DNA from: Octopus sinensis
Lineage: Eukaryota
Direction: 5' to 3'
Length of the DNA: 21,222 nt
NCBI RefSeq assembly: GCF_006345805.1
Contig: NW_021823814.1
Span: 1 to 21,222 of the forward strand
The translations under genes were made by a program, and so were the position numbers. The notes below the pieces were generated by a model that was not told where the DNA came from, made no database searches, and was given only the letters and a program-made list of their open reading frames with translations. Shown here in pieces: positions 18,107-21,222 of this stretch; positions within the stretch are counted from its first letter, which is position 1; each line of letters begins with the position of its first letter.

Positions 18107-18972
18107 TGTATATATATGTATATATGTATATATGTGTGTATGCATATGTATGTGTATATGTATGTGTGTATGTAGGTGTATGTATATATAAAATATTATA
18201 TAATTAGGGCTTAGTAAAATAAATTACTTTGCCACATACTGAACTTTCTAGAAATAGCAGCCAAAAAAGTTTTTTAGCCATTTCCACTACTTAAAGAACA
18301 TTTTCTCTCAGACAATGTTTACTCAAAAAAATAATGGTCCTTTTACATACTGAATACTTGGTGAAATTGATTAATAACTAATTAACTTTACCCTCAATTG
18401 TTGATATATATATATATGTGTATATATATATATATATATGTGTGTATATATATGTATATATATATATGTATATATATATGTATGTGTATGTGTGTGTGTG
18501 TGTATATATATATGTATATGTGTGTGTATATATATATTTGTGTATGTATATATATATATATATGTGTATATGTATGTGTATGTGTATATATATATATTAT
18601 ATAAGTGTACGCGAGTATGTCGATGTATATGTAGGTATGTAAAGTTATGTGTATGTGCATGTATGTGTGTGTATATACAGATTGTAGATGGGTATATATA
18701 TGTGTGTGTATATATACATATATATGTGTATATATATATATGTGTGTGTATATATGTATATATGTATATGTGGGTATGTAGAGTTATACGTATGTGCATG
18801 TGTATGTGTATGTATATATATATAAGTATGTGTATTTGTATGTATGTATATATATGTGTGTGTGTGAGTATGTGTGTATATGTATGTATATATGTATATA
18901 TGTATATATGTGTGTATGTGTAGGTGTGGGTATATATATATATATGTGTGTATATATATATATGTGTATATG

Positions 18973-19004
<32 letters not shown>

Positions 19005-19053
19005 TATGTGAATATGTGTGTGTATGTGTACATATGTGTATGTGTGTATATAT
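17950..19053. repeat. Degenerate (TA)/(TG) microsatellite tracts (17950-18190 and 18412-19053) with an unassigned AT-rich spacer
   Basis: Direct reading. Confidence 0.92.
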
Positions 19054-19178
19054 ATCAAGATGGCGCTGAACTAACAACAAGTGTGTTAACGTGTCTCTCC
19101 TAAATATTAAAGAAGTCCTTCCAGAGATCGATGTTATCAGAAGCGAAATTGTCTGCAAAGCGAATATAAGTGATAGTA

Positions 19179-19362
19179 CAACAAGTCACTGTATTTGAGA
19201 AGAATATTTTCGCTTTTGAAATAGTATTTGCAACTAGAACATACTCGCGAATACACGTGTTAAAACGCACGTGTGTTACTTCCCGAAATCGAAGTGAATT
19301 TTATTCTTCGTCTGTGAATCAACAAGACACAGTATTTTTGAGAAGGATATTTTCGTTTTTGA
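19179..19362 (+). repeat. ~41-bp imperfect direct repeat (19179-19219, 19320-19362)
   Basis: CAACAAGTCACTGTATTTGAGAAGAATATTTTCGCTTTTGA versus CAACAAGACACAGTATTTTTGAGAAGGATATTTTCGTTTTTGA. Confidence 0.8.
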
Positions 19363-19512
19363 TGTATATCTGCGTGTTCTGAAAAAAGCCTCTGAAAAAT
19401 TTGCTGCTTAATACCAAATCGCTTAGGAAAATATAGAAAGTATCGTCAAACTGTTGCATGTGCTAAATCGAAACTCAAACCCCTTTTGTTTACAAAGTGC
19501 GCTTGGGGAGGA

Positions 19513-19595
19513 TATAAAAGGTCTGTCTTGTCTATCTATCTTCCTTTCTTATAAAAAGGAATCACGTAAGTACTCTCTCAGCCGGTAAGGTAAGA
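19513..19595 (+). promoter_or_regulatory. Candidate core promoter and short 5'UTR exon: TATA box, pyrimidine initiator, clustered 5' splice donors
   Basis: TATAAAAG at 19513-19520 and CTTCCTTTC about 30 nt downstream. GTAAGT (19566), GTAAGG (19585) and GTAAGA (19590) would pair with the acceptor at 20744-20745. Confidence 0.4.
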
Positions 19596-19607
19596 TATTA
19601 TTTATTT

Positions 19608-19916
19608 TGTTATCATTAGTGTTCTTTCAACAGAAAAATAAAAAAAAAAAATTAAAAAAAAAAAAGATATAAAGATATAAAAATAGCGGTATTCTATCTT
19701 TATAATCTTTATAATTTCGTCCTCCGTGCCTGCCACGCACTCTCTCTTTCTCTTCTTACATTTCTATTTCTATCTCTCTCATACATTTTTTATTATGTTA
19801 TCATTAGTGTTCTTTCAAACAGAAAATAATAATTAAAGATATAAAAATACGCGCTATTCTATCTTTATAATCTCTCCCTCTCTTTCTTACATTTCTATTT
19901 CTATCTCTCTCATACA
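19608..19916 (+). repeat. Tandem duplication (19608-19785 / 19796-19916), each unit with an AT-rich hairpin
   Basis: Both units start TGTTATCATTAGTGTTCTTTCAA and end CTTACATTTCTATTTCTATCTCTCTCATAC. Both contain TAAAGATA…AATA-loop-TATT-C-TATCTTTA. Confidence 0.85.
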
Positions 19917-19929
19917 GTTTATACCTTAT

Positions 19930-20730
19930 CTGTCTCCCCATCCACCAGACCCTCTATTTCCGCTCTCACTCTCCCCTCCTCCCTCTCTCTCCCTCTGCAA
20001 TCGTTTCTCTTTCTGCATCTCTCTCAGATCAACTTTCTCTCACCTCACCCCCTCTCTCAGTTCCTCAACTTCACTCATTCTCTCTTGTATCTATATACCG
20101 CCCTCTTTCTCTCTCTCTCTCTGTTACTCTCCCCCTCCCTCTCTCTGCCTCTTTCCTCTCCGCTCCTTCACAGGTCAACCCCTTTTCCTCTTCCCCTTCT
20201 GTCCCCTTATTTCTTTCTCTACACACCCTCCCTGTCCCTTTACTACACTCTGTTGCGCCCCCTCTCTTCCTCTTCCTCCTTTTTTCTTCCTACCTTTCCT
20301 CTCCCTGTTCCCTCTAAGGCTCACCACCCCCTGTCTCTTTTTTCCTCTCTCTGTCTCCTTCCTCCACACCACCCTCTCTGTCCCTTTACTTCACTCCCTG
20401 GTACCTCTATCCTGCCTCTCTCTCTCTCTCCCTCTCCATTTCATCTCTCTCTTCTCTCCATTTTATCTCTCCGCCTTTCTTCTCCCTGTTCCCCCTAGGG
20501 TCCACCCTCTTGTCTCACTTTTCCACCCTGTCCCTTTCTACTACACCTCTATCCCGCTCACTCTCCCCCTGCTGACCTGCCATTCTTTCACCTTTCTCTT
20601 TTTTCCCTCTTATTTTCTCTCTTCTCTCTTCTCTCGGACAATCCCCTCGTCTCTCTCTCTATCCCCCCCTGGCTTTTCTCCTTTCTCTTCTCCCTCTCCA
20701 TATTTCTCCTTCTCTATCTCTCTCTCTGTT
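19930..20730. repeat. CT-rich low-complexity tract with degenerate internal repeats (probable intron)
   Basis: Direct reading. CCCTGTCCCTTT(A/C)CT-like motifs recur near 20232, 20374 and 20526. Confidence 0.85.
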
Positions 20731-20751
20731 CCTATATTTCACTAGAAGAAA

Positions 20752-21048
20752 ATGGCAAGAAACTGGTCTGCGAGAGAGGTGCAATTGTTCGTCCGCGCTT
20801 GGAGGATCGCTGAGGACGACTCGCCGAACGACATTATTGCTGCGGCGCTGAAAAGCAACAATTTTTCGAGAACCACCGCCCAGATAGAGCGAAAGAAGAG
20901 AGAAGTTATCCGTTCGTACGCTCTAATCAGGCAACATGTGGACACCCTGGACATCATCCTGGGAGGTGACGGCAGCAGGGAGGGCCAAAAGGATGAGGAA
21001 AGCATCCAGAGCCAAATGGAGAAGCCTGGAACACAGGGAAAACGATGA
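20752..21048 (+). CDS. Myb/SANT-like (trihelix, Myb_DNA-bind_4-type) DNA-binding protein, 98 aa; transposon-derived (Harbinger-type) or host gene
   Basis: MARNWSAREVQLFVRAW…IIAAALKSNNFSRTTAQIERKKREVIRSY…HVDTLDIILG matches W..EV..L+..W…I+..L…RT..Q+..K…Y…LD.ILG. The ATG lies 6 nt after a polypyrimidine tract ending TTTCACTAG, with good Kozak context (AAAATGG). Confidence 0.7.
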   Translation: MARNWSAREVQLFVRAWRIAEDDSPNDIIAAALKSNNFSRTTAQIERKKREVIRSYALIRQHVDTLDIILGGDGSREGQKDEESIQSQMEKPGTQGKR

Positions 21049-21222
21049 CACATGTCCGGCTTCCAACACCACAACTGAAGACCAAAGAGGTGCGATGGCC
21101 GCAAGAAAGGAAAGGCACCCTGGAATTGATGGAAGCAGGAGGTAAGGGTGACAGAATCAAGGCTAAAGGAAGCCTGTCCATATAAAGCAGAGGGACCCCA
21201 GCAAAAAACTGTAAGGGCAGGG

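Noticed and set aside
18198-18411. AT-rich spacer starting TAGGGCTTAGTAAAATAAATTAC, possibly a DNA-transposon end
   Set aside because: No matching inverted terminus or TSD in the window, so it cannot be classified.

Overview
This is eukaryotic, microsatellite-rich animal DNA, most likely octopod cephalopod; that taxon call rests on my recall of the SINE families and is not proven. Most of the window is simple repeats, which explain nearly all the long ORFs in the track, plus transposon remnants. The remnants are an RTE LINE fragment, a Helitron helicase C-terminus interrupted by a dimeric tRNA-type SINE, three R4/Dong-clade elements stacked in (TAA)n/(CAT)n arrays, a dead CR1-group LINE in (TA)n, and Penelope-like (PLE) pieces. 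One Dong copy has an uninterrupted ~694-codon RT+RLE frame. Three things stand out. (1) Five sequence-divergent type I hammerhead ribozyme folds each sit next to a (TA)n array; four have palindromic stem III, and three lie within 830 bp. (2) A single-coding-exon gene for a ~736-codon protein with a signal peptide and about 9-10 hydrophobic helices (10821-8610, minus strand) is broken by just one frameshift and one stop; I cannot assign it to a named family. (3) A Myb/SANT-like (trihelix) ORF at the right end has a plausible TATA box, 5'UTR exon and intron.
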